A stretch of 32,000 bases of DNA from Candidatus Kuenenia stuttgartensis (GTDB taxonomy: Bacteria > Planctomycetota > Brocadiia > Brocadiales > Brocadiaceae): contig NZ_LT934425.1 in the NCBI RefSeq assembly GCF_900232105.1, forward strand, positions 330,001 through 362,000, in the 5' to 3' direction. This document shows, piece by piece, positions 9,104 to 19,326 of the stretch. The notes beneath the pieces were generated by a model that was given only the letters and a program-made list of their open reading frames with translations, had not been told where the DNA came from and ran no database searches. Each line of letters begins with the position of its first letter. Within the stretch, counting starts at the first letter, position 1. The translations under genes were made by a program, and so were the position numbers.

Positions 9104-9487
9104 TCATTGGGATTTTTGTTTTATTTCAATCAGGTTGCCGGAAAAATCCTTGAGGAAATATACTGTCTTATCTTTATGTTTTCCCTCAATAAGTTCCGCA
9201 CCAAATCGCCGCGCCTTTTCTGCAATATCCGAAAAGCTTTCAATCATCATCCCGAAATGCGTAAAATTTGGATATGCATGCTTAAAATCAGAGATAAATA
9301 CCTCAATCTTTATCCCGGGCTTTTCAAAAACCAACACTTTGATCTCTCGGGAAAGAGAGAATAATTGCTTTGAAAGTTCCGGCGGTAAAAGTATTTCTCT
9401 TGTTTTTTCAAGACCTAAAAAGTCCCGATAAAATTTCAGGGCGTGATCTTCACTCTTATTTGTGATGCCAATGTGATTTAATTCCAT
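9104..9487 (-). CDS. VOC/glyoxalase-fold metalloenzyme-like protein
   Basis: 127-aa; MELNHIGITNKSEDHALKFYRDFLGLE start and terminal TVYFLKDFSGNLIEIKQ are typical of the VOC superfamily. Confidence 0.85.
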   Translation of the reverse strand: MELNHIGITNKSEDHALKFYRDFLGLEKTREILLPPELSKQLFSLSREIKVLVFEKPGIKIEVFISDFKHAYPNFTHFGMMIESFSDIAEKARRFGAELIEGKHKDKTVYFLKDFSGNLIEIKQKSQ

Positions 9488-9685
9488 GCCGTATTTTAAC
9501 GTTTAATTGTCCCTTGTCAATGGGCAGGTTTCATCGCATTGCTAAACGTACAGTGCACACCCATGTTTGGAGCGTTAGAACCCACATTTTAACACACTTT
9601 GCGGCTCTATACCTAATTACTCAATAAGCGGACTGTATACTTTTTTCAAATTTTTTTATAAAGAAGGTGATATTTTCGATTCTCC

Positions 9686-10237
9686 ATGGATAAATCTCAT
9701 TTAACGATTTTTATTGATTCCAGCTACAACCCAAAGAGAAAGCTTGGCGTAGGTGGATTTTTGTGTATTCCGCATAACCCCGGTGAAACACCTGCAAACA
9801 AAGACATGTTCGAGGCATGGTATTTTCCGGATGCAGTGAAAACAAGGATTGTGGAGAATACAACGAATACGCGGCTGGAACTTCAGACACTTCTTTGGGC
9901 ACTTGAATCCCTCACATTAGAAAACGGGAACAAGGCCTCTGAAAAGAGGGATTTCATAACAATTTATACAGACTGCCGTACCGCAGTTGATTTGCCTGGA
10001 CGAAGGAGGAGGCTTGAGGACGTTTATTATCTCAGTAAAAGAAAGGGCTCTGTTTTGCGGAATGCGGATATCTATAAAAGCATTTTTGCGCTCTATGATG
10101 AGTTTTTGCCAAAGCTCGTCTGGATTAAAGGACATACCCCTAAAAAAGACCGTGTTGGCGTACATCAAATATTTTCGGAAGTAGATAGATTAGTCAGGAA
10201 CCATTTGAGAGCTTACATCGCTCGTACATGCCCATGA
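9686..10237 (+). CDS. RNase HI-like (RNase H fold) protein
   Basis: Ordered acidic positions FIDSSYN ... NTRLELQTLLWALE ... IYTDCRTAV ... WIKGHT ... EVDRLVRNH match the DEDD arrangement of RNase HI. Confidence 0.8.
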   Translation: MDKSHLTIFIDSSYNPKRKLGVGGFLCIPHNPGETPANKDMFEAWYFPDAVKTRIVENTTNTRLELQTLLWALESLTLENGNKASEKRDFITIYTDCRTAVDLPGRRRRLEDVYYLSKRKGSVLRNADIYKSIFALYDEFLPKLVWIKGHTPKKDRVGVHQIFSEVDRLVRNHLRAYIARTCP

Positions 10238-10320
10238 TTCTTGGAAGATCCTGTAGTTAGCAATCTATGGAGACATTCATTTATTCTGTATGTTTATTTG
10301 TACAATAAATAGAGTATAAA

Positions 10321-11109
10321 TTATTCTTCTGGCATATCTTTTTCCCTGGTAGTTTCTAATCCTACTACTTCTTTTGCTAACGCTATATAGTCTTTTGCTC
10401 CGGAACTTTCAGGTGCATACATAGTAATAGGTTTTGAGGAAATTGGACATTCTGCCAAACGTACGTTTTCACGAATTATTGTATTAAAAACCTTTTCATG
10501 AAAACGCTCTTTCACTTGTTTATACACCTCATTGCTTAGATTTGTCCTGCTATCAAATCTGCACGCAATAATACCGGTGACTTCCAGTTTATGATTCAGC
10601 CGTTCCTTTATTATCTGAACGGTATTTACAAGTGTTACCAGCCCATTCAACGCCAGCACTTTTGTTTCAAGAGGAATAAAGACTTCTTTTACAAAAGTAA
10701 GTGCATTTATCGTTATCAAGCCCAATGAAGGCGGACAATCCAACAAAATATAATCATAATTATTTGCAACAGGAGCGATTCTTTTGCGTAAGATAAGATC
10801 GCGTTCTTTTTCATTTGCCAAAATTCTTTCCACACCTGCCAACGCAACGTTTGAGGGTGCGAGGGTGAGATTATGAACACAAGTATCTTTCAGAATCTCT
10901 TCAAAATAAACCTCTTGCAAAAAGACATTGTACATCGATTTTTCTAAGGAATGTATATCGAGCCCAAACCATGAACTCATGTTGCCCTGAGGGTCCAAAT
11001 CAACCAATAAAACCTTCTTTCCCATTTCAGAAAGACAGGCACCAAGATTTACCGTTGTCGTTGTTTTAGCAACACCACCCTTTTGATTTGTCAGCGCAAT
11101 ACTACGCAT
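10321..11109 (-). CDS. ParA/Soj family ATPase
   Basis: MRSIALTNQKGGVAKTTTTVNLGACL deviant Walker A; VLLVDLDPQGN; YILLDCPPSLGLITINAL. Confidence 0.93.
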   Translation of the reverse strand: MRSIALTNQKGGVAKTTTTVNLGACLSEMGKKVLLVDLDPQGNMSSWFGLDIHSLEKSMYNVFLQEVYFEEILKDTCVHNLTLAPSNVALAGVERILANEKERDLILRKRIAPVANNYDYILLDCPPSLGLITINALTFVKEVFIPLETKVLALNGLVTLVNTVQIIKERLNHKLEVTGIIACRFDSRTNLSNEVYKQVKERFHEKVFNTIIRENVRLAECPISSKPITMYAPESSGAKDYIALAKEVVGLETTREKDMPEE

Positions 11110-11493
11110 ATTGTTATTTATTCAATTGAGAAAAAATGAAAAATATTAAAATAAATGTAACATTTAAATAGTTTTATGAGTGATCTTTATCGATTCGGAT
11201 AAAAATAGCACAATGTGTGAATATAACCAAAATAAAAAGGTTTCTCTACACTAATTTTATTGAACCTTCCGCAATTTTTTATGGGTATTCAAAATTGCAT
11301 TATATTTATTAGTTAGTCATTGACACTGCTTTTTTAGCCTGATATAGTATTTTTATTTAACTATTCTTGGTTAGATTTTTATATTTTGTATATTTGGTCA
11401 CAGTAGAGTATCACTTTATCATAAATCATAATAATCACTGTTAAAAACAGTCATTCTATGAAATTACCTTAAAAATTTTTAGGATTATTTTTT

Positions 11494-13251
11494 ATGGACA
11501 GGATTCGGGAAAATAGTACGGTAAAGGAAATTGCAGAAAAATTTCCGGTCACCCGAAAGATATTTGATACCTATGGGATAATGTGTGGAGGTGATTCGCT
11601 TCCGGACAAACCTATTTCTTTTTTCGCCAGGATGCACAACATTAATCCGTCTACACTAATAGAGGACTTACAAAACCTTATTGACGGCAAAGAAGTTGAA
11701 AATGATGAAGTGTCTTTAATCAAACCTCAAACAGAGCATATCTATGAATTTTTTATAAAAACATCAATCATCATCGTACTTTCCACCGGTTGTCTGTATG
11801 GAGCTGTAATGTTGGCATACATGGCATATAAGAGATCGTTCCTTTCCGTTCCTTGGGTGTTACTGGAGACACACGGCGATACACAAGTTTATGGATGGGT
11901 GGGATTATTCATAATGGGCCTTTCATTTTTTGCTTTGCCAAAGTTTTGGAATACGATTTTGTATAGCACGCAACTGGCATACAAATCTTTTTTTCTAATG
12001 GTAATAGGAATTTTATTATCTTTTGTTTTCAAAACGATTTCTTATTATTCCGGGGGACTTTTTTTAAAAATTCCGGTATTTGTGGGATTGTCATTGCAAA
12101 CGGCTTCTATTGCTATTTTTATGTATGTTTTATGCAGAACATATTTTTCTTCAGAAAAACGTGACTATGAAGTTTATGAAGGTTTCATACTATCGAGTTT
12201 TCTATGGTTTCTTTTACAAGCATTTGTTTTTACTGCCTTACATTTCCATTACTGCATAGTAGGTAACACAGAGATACCAGCATATTTTAAAGATCCTATC
12301 AGGCATATTCAAATTGTCGGTTTTTCTTGTTTGGTAATAATTGGTATTTTCACTAAAACGTTACCCATATTTCTCGGCATACAAATCCCCAACAGAAAAA
12401 ATAGCGCATATGTGCTGTATCTGCTAAACCTCTCAATAGCGTTAAGGGTATTCTCCGAATTTTACAAAGGCTATACACAAAATCTTCACGGATTTTTTAT
12501 CGCAATATCTTTTATTTCAGGACTTTTAGAAGCCCTCGGAATTTTTCTATTTATTTATAATTTAAACTTATTCGATAAAAAGAAGCTTGTTCAAAACAAG
12601 GTTAAACTCCCCACTGGTTTCAGAAAATACATTCGGGCTGCCTTATTCTGGTTGTTTGTCTCTGAAAGTGCCTTTTTAACTTTTACCCTATATGAGACAT
12701 TTGCAGGAGAAAAGGTTTCTCATGCTTTATTTGGAGCATATAGGCACGCAATTTTTGTAGGATTTATCAGTATGATGATTATCGGATGCGCCTCTAAAAT
12801 GATCCCGCTAAGTAAAGGAGTAAAACTGTACAGCCCTAAATTACTGAATGTAACGTTTTTCCTCATCATATTAGGTTGCGTATTCAGGGTTGTCACCCAA
12901 CCTGTTTCATTTCACCTCAATCCGCAATTTTATTTTTTGCTGGGACTCAGTGGATTTATAGAATATGCCGCTATCTTCCTTTTTAGTATTAATATATGGA
13001 AAACGCTGAAATCTACCCAGGAAGAAATTGCCGAACAAATAAATTCGGCAACTGCATCTACAAATGTTTATCAATTGATCAGACAATATCCGCAAACATT
13101 AGACATTTTAATAGGATATGGTTTTAAACAGCTAAAGAATCCTGTGTTAAGAAATACCCTGGCAAGAACAATAAGCCTGGGACAAGCCGTTCAAATTGTA
13201 TCGGTGAATCTAGAGGATTTGTTAAGGGATTTGAATGCTTCAATGAAGTGA
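11494..13251 (+). CDS. NnrS-like multi-TM protein with N-terminal ScdA_N/DUF1858-like domain and C-terminal DUF1858-like domain
   Basis: 585-aa. N-term STVKEIAEKFPVTRKIFDTYGIMCGGDSLPDKPISFFARMHNINPSTLIEDLQNLI; central ~12 hydrophobic helices; C-term TNVYQLIRQYPQTLDILIGYGFKQLKNPVLRNTLARTISLGQAVQIVSVNLEDLLRDLN. Confidence 0.78.
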   Translation: MDRIRENSTVKEIAEKFPVTRKIFDTYGIMCGGDSLPDKPISFFARMHNINPSTLIEDLQNLIDGKEVENDEVSLIKPQTEHIYEFFIKTSIIIVLSTGCLYGAVMLAYMAYKRSFLSVPWVLLETHGDTQVYGWVGLFIMGLSFFALPKFWNTILYSTQLAYKSFFLMVIGILLSFVFKTISYYSGGLFLKIPVFVGLSLQTASIAIFMYVLCRTYFSSEKRDYEVYEGFILSSFLWFLLQAFVFTALHFHYCIVGNTEIPAYFKDPIRHIQIVGFSCLVIIGIFTKTLPIFLGIQIPNRKNSAYVLYLLNLSIALRVFSEFYKGYTQNLHGFFIAISFISGLLEALGIFLFIYNLNLFDKKKLVQNKVKLPTGFRKYIRAALFWLFVSESAFLTFTLYETFAGEKVSHALFGAYRHAIFVGFISMMIIGCASKMIPLSKGVKLYSPKLLNVTFFLIILGCVFRVVTQPVSFHLNPQFYFLLGLSGFIEYAAIFLFSINIWKTLKSTQEEIAEQINSATASTNVYQLIRQYPQTLDILIGYGFKQLKNPVLRNTLARTISLGQAVQIVSVNLEDLLRDLNASMK

Positions 13252-13272
13252 GTGTTGTCTCAAGCCAATAGT

Positions 13273-13848
13273 TTATCTTTCTAACAACACCGGGCTGGCC
13301 TTTACCATATATTTTATACCGGAGACCACAGTAATAATCACCGTCAACCATAACAGAACAATGATTATGTTCTTTATACTTCCCACATGTTTTAAATAAG
13401 CGGAAAAAAGCAACATCAAACTGATAGTCAACGCCTGAACAAACATTTTCGCTTTCCCCCATAATGTAGCACCGAATTCAATGCCTCTTGCTTCAGAATA
13501 ACTTCTTATACTGCTGACAAAAAATTCTCTGGCAACAATCACTAATACCATCCATGGCGGGACATTTTCATAGCCATGTTTTATTAGTAAAATGAAACCC
13601 CCACAAACAATAATTTTGTCCACAAAAGGATCGGCAATACGTCCAAAATCAGTCAAAAGACCTTTCTTCCTTGCTACATAACCATCTAACCAATCTGTTA
13701 ATGACGCTGCTAAAAATGAGAGCAAGGAGAGCGCATAATAATGATAGGACAAGAAAATAAAGAATATAATAGCCAACAAGAGCCTGAATAATGTCAGGCT
13801 ATTCGGAAGGTTAAATATGGTAGATTTTTGGAAATCCATAATCAACAA
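13273..13848 (-). CDS. pgsA: CDP-diacylglycerol--glycerol-3-phosphate 3-phosphatidyltransferase
   Basis: 191-aa; NLPNSLTLFRLLLAIIF and CDP-alcohol phosphotransferase signature SLTDWLDGYVARKKGLLTDFGRIADPFVDK (DG-AR-G-D-D). Confidence 0.95.
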   Translation of the reverse strand: MLIMDFQKSTIFNLPNSLTLFRLLLAIIFFIFLSYHYYALSLLSFLAASLTDWLDGYVARKKGLLTDFGRIADPFVDKIIVCGGFILLIKHGYENVPPWMVLVIVAREFFVSSIRSYSEARGIEFGATLWGKAKMFVQALTISLMLLFSAYLKHVGSIKNIIIVLLWLTVIITVVSGIKYMVKASPVLLER

Positions 13849-13998
13849 CTCGCACCCAAATTACACAAGTATGTAGGAATGCCCACATACCCTACAAATC
13901 TTCTGCAGGCATAGACAAACAAAGTTTGTCCATACGACGCATGCAACCAGATCAAATAGTAATAAAAATCGTTTGTACAAACAGGTGATAGAAAATAA

Positions 13999-15306
13999 TC
14001 AAGCCACCAAATCATAACCGTTTACATTACTGATAACTAATTCTCTTATCTCACCCACTTTTATTTGCTTGTCATTTATAAATACTTTTCCATCTACTTC
14101 AGGTGCATCCCCGGACGTCCGCCCTATTAACATTCCGGAAACAACCTCTTTTTCATCAACAATTACAGAGGCCTTCTTCCCGATAAGATTTTTGTTATTT
14201 TCCCAAACAATCTCACGTTGTGCCAGCATTATTTCATTTAACCGTTCTTGCTTCACTTTTTTACCTACTTGTTTCTTAAACTTTGCCGCAGGCGTATTTT
14301 CTTCTTTAGAATATGCAAAAACCCCAAGCCTTTCAAATTTGGTTTTTTTAATAAATTCTAAAAGTTCCTGATATTGTTCATCAGTTTCTCCGGGAAATCC
14401 AACAATTACCGAAGTCCTTAGAACTATGGAACGTATTGATCTTCTTAAATTATTGATTAGGGTCTCAATACTTTTACGGGTAGTGTTTCTGCCCATTTTC
14501 CCCAGTATAGTATCATTAATGTGCTGAATAGGCAAATCGATATATTTACAAATGGTTTCGTGTTCGTTAATGGTATTAATTAATTCAGGATAAAAATGTC
14601 CAGGGTGCGTATATAACAATCGTATCCATTGAATACCTTCAATCGCTGCAATTTTTTCAAGTAATACATGCAACATCTGTTTCCCATATATATCTAAACC
14701 ATATGAAGTCGTATCCTGCGAGATAATATTAATTTCTTTCACCCCTTCAGAAGCCATTTGTCTTGATTCTTCCAGGATATTTTCAATAGATCTGCTCATA
14801 AAATTACCACGTATTCCGGGAATAGCGCAGTAAGTGCATCTATTGTCACAACCATCTGAAATTCTCAAATACGAATAATGTTTCGGGGTGAGTCTGATTC
14901 GATTCCTCCAGTCATCCCCTTGATAAATAGTACTGTTATCCATCTGACGCTTACCTGTTAAATGAGTTATTTTCTCAAAATCTTTTAACCCGACAACATC
15001 ATCTATCTCCGGAATTTCACTTTTCAATTCAGCAGAATAACGCTGCGCCAGACAACCGGTAACAATCAGTTTTTTGCACTGCGCATTTTCTTTGAGTTTT
15101 GCCATCTTAAAAATCATATCAATTGATTCTTTTTTTGAATCATCGATAAAACCACAGGTATTTACAACAAGCACTTCAGCGTCTTCCGGATATTGGCAGA
15201 TAGTACTGCCGTTCGCTGCAATTCGCCCGAGCATTTCTTCTGCATCCACTAAATTTTTAGTGCATCCCAAATTAATTAATGCTACCGTTTTTGATTTGCT
15301 AATCAT
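13999..15306 (-). CDS. rimO: ribosomal protein S12 methylthiotransferase
   Basis: MISKSKTVALINLGCTKNLVDAEEMLG; radical SAM ISDGCDNRCTYCAIPGIRGNF; IIVGFPGETDEQY; terminal TRAM-like domain. Track ORF extends to 15354, but the internal ATG at 15306 gives the family-like N-terminus and overlaps the ftsK stop (atgattag). Confidence 0.93.
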   Translation of the reverse strand: MISKSKTVALINLGCTKNLVDAEEMLGRIAANGSTICQYPEDAEVLVVNTCGFIDDSKKESIDMIFKMAKLKENAQCKKLIVTGCLAQRYSAELKSEIPEIDDVVGLKDFEKITHLTGKRQMDNSTIYQGDDWRNRIRLTPKHYSYLRISDGCDNRCTYCAIPGIRGNFMSRSIENILEESRQMASEGVKEINIISQDTTSYGLDIYGKQMLHVLLEKIAAIEGIQWIRLLYTHPGHFYPELINTINEHETICKYIDLPIQHINDTILGKMGRNTTRKSIETLINNLRRSIRSIVLRTSVIVGFPGETDEQYQELLEFIKKTKFERLGVFAYSKEENTPAAKFKKQVGKKVKQERLNEIMLAQREIVWENNKNLIGKKASVIVDEKEVVSGMLIGRTSGDAPEVDGKVFINDKQIKVGEIRELVISNVNGYDLVA

Positions 15307-17560
15307 CTTTATATTCTTCTCTGTCCGCAGAAGATGTTTGTAAATCCCATTCATCTAAAGTTAAATAAACCTCCCGAGCCTGACTGCCTTTATATTCCCC
15401 AACAATCCCCGCCTCCGCCATAAGCTCTATTAGTCTCGCAGCGCGGGAATACCCGATTTCCAATCTCCTTTGTAATAGAGAAACAGAACCTCTTTGAGTT
15501 TCCAATACGATTCTTACTGCCGCATCAAACAGTGGTTCGTTCTTATCATTATCAGAGATATCTTTCCATTTCTTCAATTCTTTGTTATATTTTGGTTCTG
15601 CATGCTTTCTAAGATAATCAACAACATCTTTAACCTCCTCTTCGCTTACATAAGCTCCCTGAACACGGACTAATTTGGAAGTCCCAGGCGGCGAAAAAAG
15701 CATGTCCCCGCTTCCCAATAATTTTTCAGCCCCATTTTGATCAAGTATTGTCCTGGAATCAACCTTTGATGATACATAGAATGATATCCTTGAGGGCATA
15801 TTTGATTTTATTAATCCGGTAATTACATCAACAGACGGTCTTTGTGTGGCAAGTATAAGATGTATCCCAACAGCACGTGATTTTTGTGAAAGACGGATCA
15901 CCGAAGATTCCACTTCTTTTGATGCAACCATCATTAAATCCGCCAGTTCGTCCACGACAATAACAATGTGTGGAAGGTGTAAAGGGATATCATCTAATTT
16001 AACGTCCTCTTCAGCATTTAGTCGTTTTTTTATCTCAGATACGGATAATTTGTTATACCCACTGATGTTTTTAACACCTACGCTGGCAAGTAACGCGTAT
16101 CGTTCTTCCATCTTATTCACCGCCCACTCAAGTACCGCAGCCGCCTTTTTCATATCTGTCACAACAGGGCTTATCAGGTGAGGTATTTCAGCGAACAATG
16201 AAAATTCAACCATTTTTGGATCTACCAACAGTAGCTGAACTTCATTTGGGAATCGGGTATACAAAATACTTAATATAATGGAATTCAGGCATATGGATTT
16301 ACCAGACCCGGTCGTACCGGCAATTAACAGATGCGGCATGGATGCCAAATCGGAGATAAGAGGTCTTCCGGCCACATCTTTCCCTATTAAAAGCGGAATG
16401 GCCATCTTTTTTTTCGCTTCATCAGCGACTTCCAGCAATTCCCTAAAAGTCACCTTCCTTCTATGTGCATTCGGGACTTCAATACCGATAGAAGACCTTC
16501 CTTCCAATGGCGCCACAATCCTTACACTTAGCGCTTTCAATGCAATTGCAAGGTCGTCAGAAAGCGCTATTACCTTTCCAACTTTCGTACCTGGGGCTAA
16601 TTCTATTTCGTACATTGTAACAACAGGACCTGTTTGTAAATCAACGATTTCAGAGTTTACATTGAATTGTGCAAGTGTGTCTCTTAATACATGCGCCCCC
16701 TGTGTAATATGATCTAAATCATCCTTGTGATGTCTTGCCGAAGGTTTTTCCAACAACTCAACTGACGGTAACTTATAACTATTCTCTCCATTGGCCTTAG
16801 TGAACGAAGGGGAAATATCAGTCTCGCCGCTTTCTTTGTATTTTTTCTCACCAAGGGATTCATTTATATCTTTCTTTATTTGCGGTTCATACCCTATTTC
16901 ACTTTCTTTTCGTTTCGATATTTCTCCAACATTCAGAAGCTTATTCTCCATCTTTTTTGGTGGCGATATCATTGCAGAAGTATTATTTTTCTCTTTTTTC
17001 AAAGGAGCTTTTCTTACCTCTTCCGGCTCTGGTTTTGTTTTAGGGGAACGTATAAATAAAGAAAATGGCGTTCGATTTGCCAAAAGCATTATTGAAATCA
17101 ACATACCGGATACTAAAATGATGGCAGTGCCGGTAATATTAAAGTATGTACATAGCCTCGAGGTAATTACCAGACCAAATATGCCTCCCAAATTCATTGA
17201 TAAAAGAGATTGTTTAAAAGTGCATACTGCAAGCGTTAAGAGTGGTGACAAGGTGAAAATTAAAAGAAAGGCTCCCAACAACTTTACACAGAAGTCTTTT
17301 ATCGTTCCACCGAAAAAAAACCGCAAACTAAACCATCCAAGAATAATTACTATTACATATGAAGCCTTGCCTAAGGTTTCCATGGCATATCCGGAAATTT
17401 GTGCGCCGGCTATACCACAAATATTAGCTATCGGGATGTTAGGCGGATAGTCTGCAAATGGCGGGTCATTATGAGAATAACTAATAAAACTTAATAAGAT
17501 GAATAACTTCGAGGCTAAAAAAGAAATCGCAATGACGCGACGTAAGCAAATAGAAAGCAT
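15299..17560 (-). CDS. ftsK: DNA translocase FtsK/SpoIIIE
   Basis: 753-aa; N-terminal TM helices, HLLIAGTTGSGKSICLNS Walker A, LLLVDPKMVEFSLF, IVVVDELADLMM, HLILATQRPSVDVITGLIKSNMPSRISFYVSSKVDSRTILD, C-terminal winged-helix gamma-like domain. Confidence 0.97.
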   Translation of the reverse strand: MLSICLRRVIAISFLASKLFILLSFISYSHNDPPFADYPPNIPIANICGIAGAQISGYAMETLGKASYVIVIILGWFSLRFFFGGTIKDFCVKLLGAFLLIFTLSPLLTLAVCTFKQSLLSMNLGGIFGLVITSRLCTYFNITGTAIILVSGMLISIMLLANRTPFSLFIRSPKTKPEPEEVRKAPLKKEKNNTSAMISPPKKMENKLLNVGEISKRKESEIGYEPQIKKDINESLGEKKYKESGETDISPSFTKANGENSYKLPSVELLEKPSARHHKDDLDHITQGAHVLRDTLAQFNVNSEIVDLQTGPVVTMYEIELAPGTKVGKVIALSDDLAIALKALSVRIVAPLEGRSSIGIEVPNAHRRKVTFRELLEVADEAKKKMAIPLLIGKDVAGRPLISDLASMPHLLIAGTTGSGKSICLNSIILSILYTRFPNEVQLLLVDPKMVEFSLFAEIPHLISPVVTDMKKAAAVLEWAVNKMEERYALLASVGVKNISGYNKLSVSEIKKRLNAEEDVKLDDIPLHLPHIVIVVDELADLMMVASKEVESSVIRLSQKSRAVGIHLILATQRPSVDVITGLIKSNMPSRISFYVSSKVDSRTILDQNGAEKLLGSGDMLFSPPGTSKLVRVQGAYVSEEEVKDVVDYLRKHAEPKYNKELKKWKDISDNDKNEPLFDAAVRIVLETQRGSVSLLQRRLEIGYSRAARLIELMAEAGIVGEYKGSQAREVYLTLDEWDLQTSSADREEYKDD

Positions 17561-17717
17561 TTTATTACCATGATTATTGTTTTTTAGTACCTGATAATTT
17601 CGGAAATTCTTTTAATTCTAAAAACGTAATAAATCGTTTGTTATTCCTATCGGGGAGAGCGTACTCCGATTCCTCATGGTATTTCTCTTCAGTTGATACG
17701 GAAATTATTGAAAATAA

Positions 17718-18167
17718 CTAATGCCCTGTGTGACCAAAACCCCCTTCTCCACGGTTTGATTCTTCCAACTGGTCTACTTCTATCAATTCTGCCCTCACTA
17801 CTGGTTGAATTACCATTTGAGCAATTCTTAAACCACGTTTCACAACAAACGGTTCTTTTCCGAAATTACATAATATGATTCCGATTTCACCGCGGTAATC
17901 ACTATCTATTGTGCCTGGAGTGTTTAAAAGTGTTAGACCATGCTTCAATGCCAAACCGCTTCTTGGTCTTAACTGTGCCTCATATCCAAAGGGCAATTCA
18001 ATATATAGACCCGTAGGTACGAGTTTAATTTCACTGTGTTTCAATGTTAAATCGCTTTCAACGGCGGCATAAAGATCCATACCACTTGCCGCATCACTCA
18101 TGTATTGCGGCAATGGCAAGTCCTCCGTTCCCTGTTTTCTCTTTAATTTTACTCTGACCGTTTTCAC
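17718..18167 (-). CDS. dut: deoxyuridine 5'-triphosphate nucleotidohydrolase
   Basis: [48 protein letters not shown] and C-terminal [10 protein letters not shown]: all dUTPase motifs. Confidence 0.96.
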   Translation of the reverse strand: MKTVRVKLKRKQGTEDLPLPQYMSDAASGMDLYAAVESDLTLKHSEIKLVPTGLYIELPFGYEAQLRPRSGLALKHGLTLLNTPGTIDSDYRGEIGIILCNFGKEPFVVKRGLRIAQMVIQPVVRAELIEVDQLEESNRGEGGFGHTGH

Positions 18168-18172
18168 AGCAT

Positions 18173-18715
18173 TTATTTGTTTTTAAGTGTTTCTAATATT
18201 ACAGAAACTATCATTTCGTTTGAAGCGAGTCTTCCCTTTCCCATCTTCCCTGTACACAAACGACCTTCTTCCGGTTCAATAATTATATAACCATGCTCTT
18301 TTAATTTTTTAATATTTTGCTGCACTATTGGGTTTAAATACATGCTATCATTCATTGCCGGAGCGATAATTACAGGGGTTTTCGCGGCCATAACCGTACA
18401 GGTTAATGCATCATCAGCAATTCCGGCAGCCACTTTTCCAATAAAATTTGCCGTAGCAGGAGCTACTACAATTAAATCTGCTCTCTCCGCCAGAGACACA
18501 TGACTAGGATTATAATTTTCATTTTCGACAAACAAATCTGTAATGACATTTTTTTGGGAAATGGAACGAAACGTTACCGGATGTACAAAACGCTGCGCAT
18601 TATACGTCATTACCACAAACACGGTGCTGCCTCTTTTGACCAAGCCCGATACAATTTCAACCGCCTTATAAGCAGCAATGCTTCCTGTCACCCCAACAAC
18701 TATACAATTATGCAT
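18173..18715 (-). CDS. coaC: phosphopantothenoylcysteine decarboxylase flavoprotein (CoaC-only, no CoaB domain)
   Basis: 180-aa; [80 protein letters not shown]; stops after the flavoprotein domain. Confidence 0.92.
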   Translation of the reverse strand: MHNCIVVGVTGSIAAYKAVEIVSGLVKRGSTVFVVMTYNAQRFVHPVTFRSISQKNVITDLFVENENYNPSHVSLAERADLIVVAPATANFIGKVAAGIADDALTCTVMAAKTPVIIAPAMNDSMYLNPIVQQNIKKLKEHGYIIIEPEEGRLCTGKMGKGRLASNEMIVSVILETLKNK

Positions 18716-18717
18716 AA

Positions 18718-19263
18718 TTACGCTATATACAAAATGTTACGAATTGCATTGACGGTTGCGTCCAAATCATCATTTACAACGCAATAGTCATATTTATCTT
18801 TGTATTCCAGTTCTTTTTCCGCCATTTTAAGGCGATTCACCAGGTCTTGTGCCTTATCGGTATTTCTGTTAATCAGGCGTTGGCTCAAGGTTACATTATT
18901 CGGCGGCAATAAGAAAATTAAAATGGCCTCAGGAAATTTTTCTTTTATTTGCAAAGCCCCCTGCACATCGATTTCCAGAAGATAAAAAATGTCCTTTTTG
19001 GTTGCCTCCTGCAGTGGTTTTAGAGGTGTGCCGTAATTGTAGCCGCAATATTCTGCGTATTCGGCAAATTCACCATTTTTGATCATTTCCATAAACTTCT
19101 CTTTAGAAACAAAATGATATGATTCGCCGTCTTTCTCGTTGTTTCTGGGTGAGCGTGTCGTTACCGAAATTGATTCTTCGACATGCGCCTGTTGCTTCAA
19201 TATTTTGCAAACCGTTGTTTTGCCAGACCCTGAAGGCCCTGAAATAATTACAATTTTCCCCAT
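18718..19263 (-). CDS. gmk: guanylate kinase
   Basis: IISGPSGSGKTTVCKIL, SVTTRSPRNNEKDGESYHFVSKEKF, FAEYAEYCGYNYGTP, LLEIDVQGALQIK. Confidence 0.96.
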   Translation of the reverse strand: MGKIVIISGPSGSGKTTVCKILKQQAHVEESISVTTRSPRNNEKDGESYHFVSKEKFMEMIKNGEFAEYAEYCGYNYGTPLKPLQEATKKDIFYLLEIDVQGALQIKEKFPEAILIFLLPPNNVTLSQRLINRNTDKAQDLVNRLKMAEKELEYKDKYDYCVVNDDLDATVNAIRNILYIA

Positions 19264-19326
19264 TAAAATATGCTTATGCCGGCAAACAGATTAAAATATT
19301 TATTGTTTCTCATTATAACAATTCCC

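Noticed and set aside
9686-11109. Toxin-antitoxin, retron or other defence reading of the RNase H-like/ParA pair
   Set aside because: No reverse transcriptase, msr/msd-like structure, or toxin or antitoxin motifs; the genes are convergent rather than an operon.
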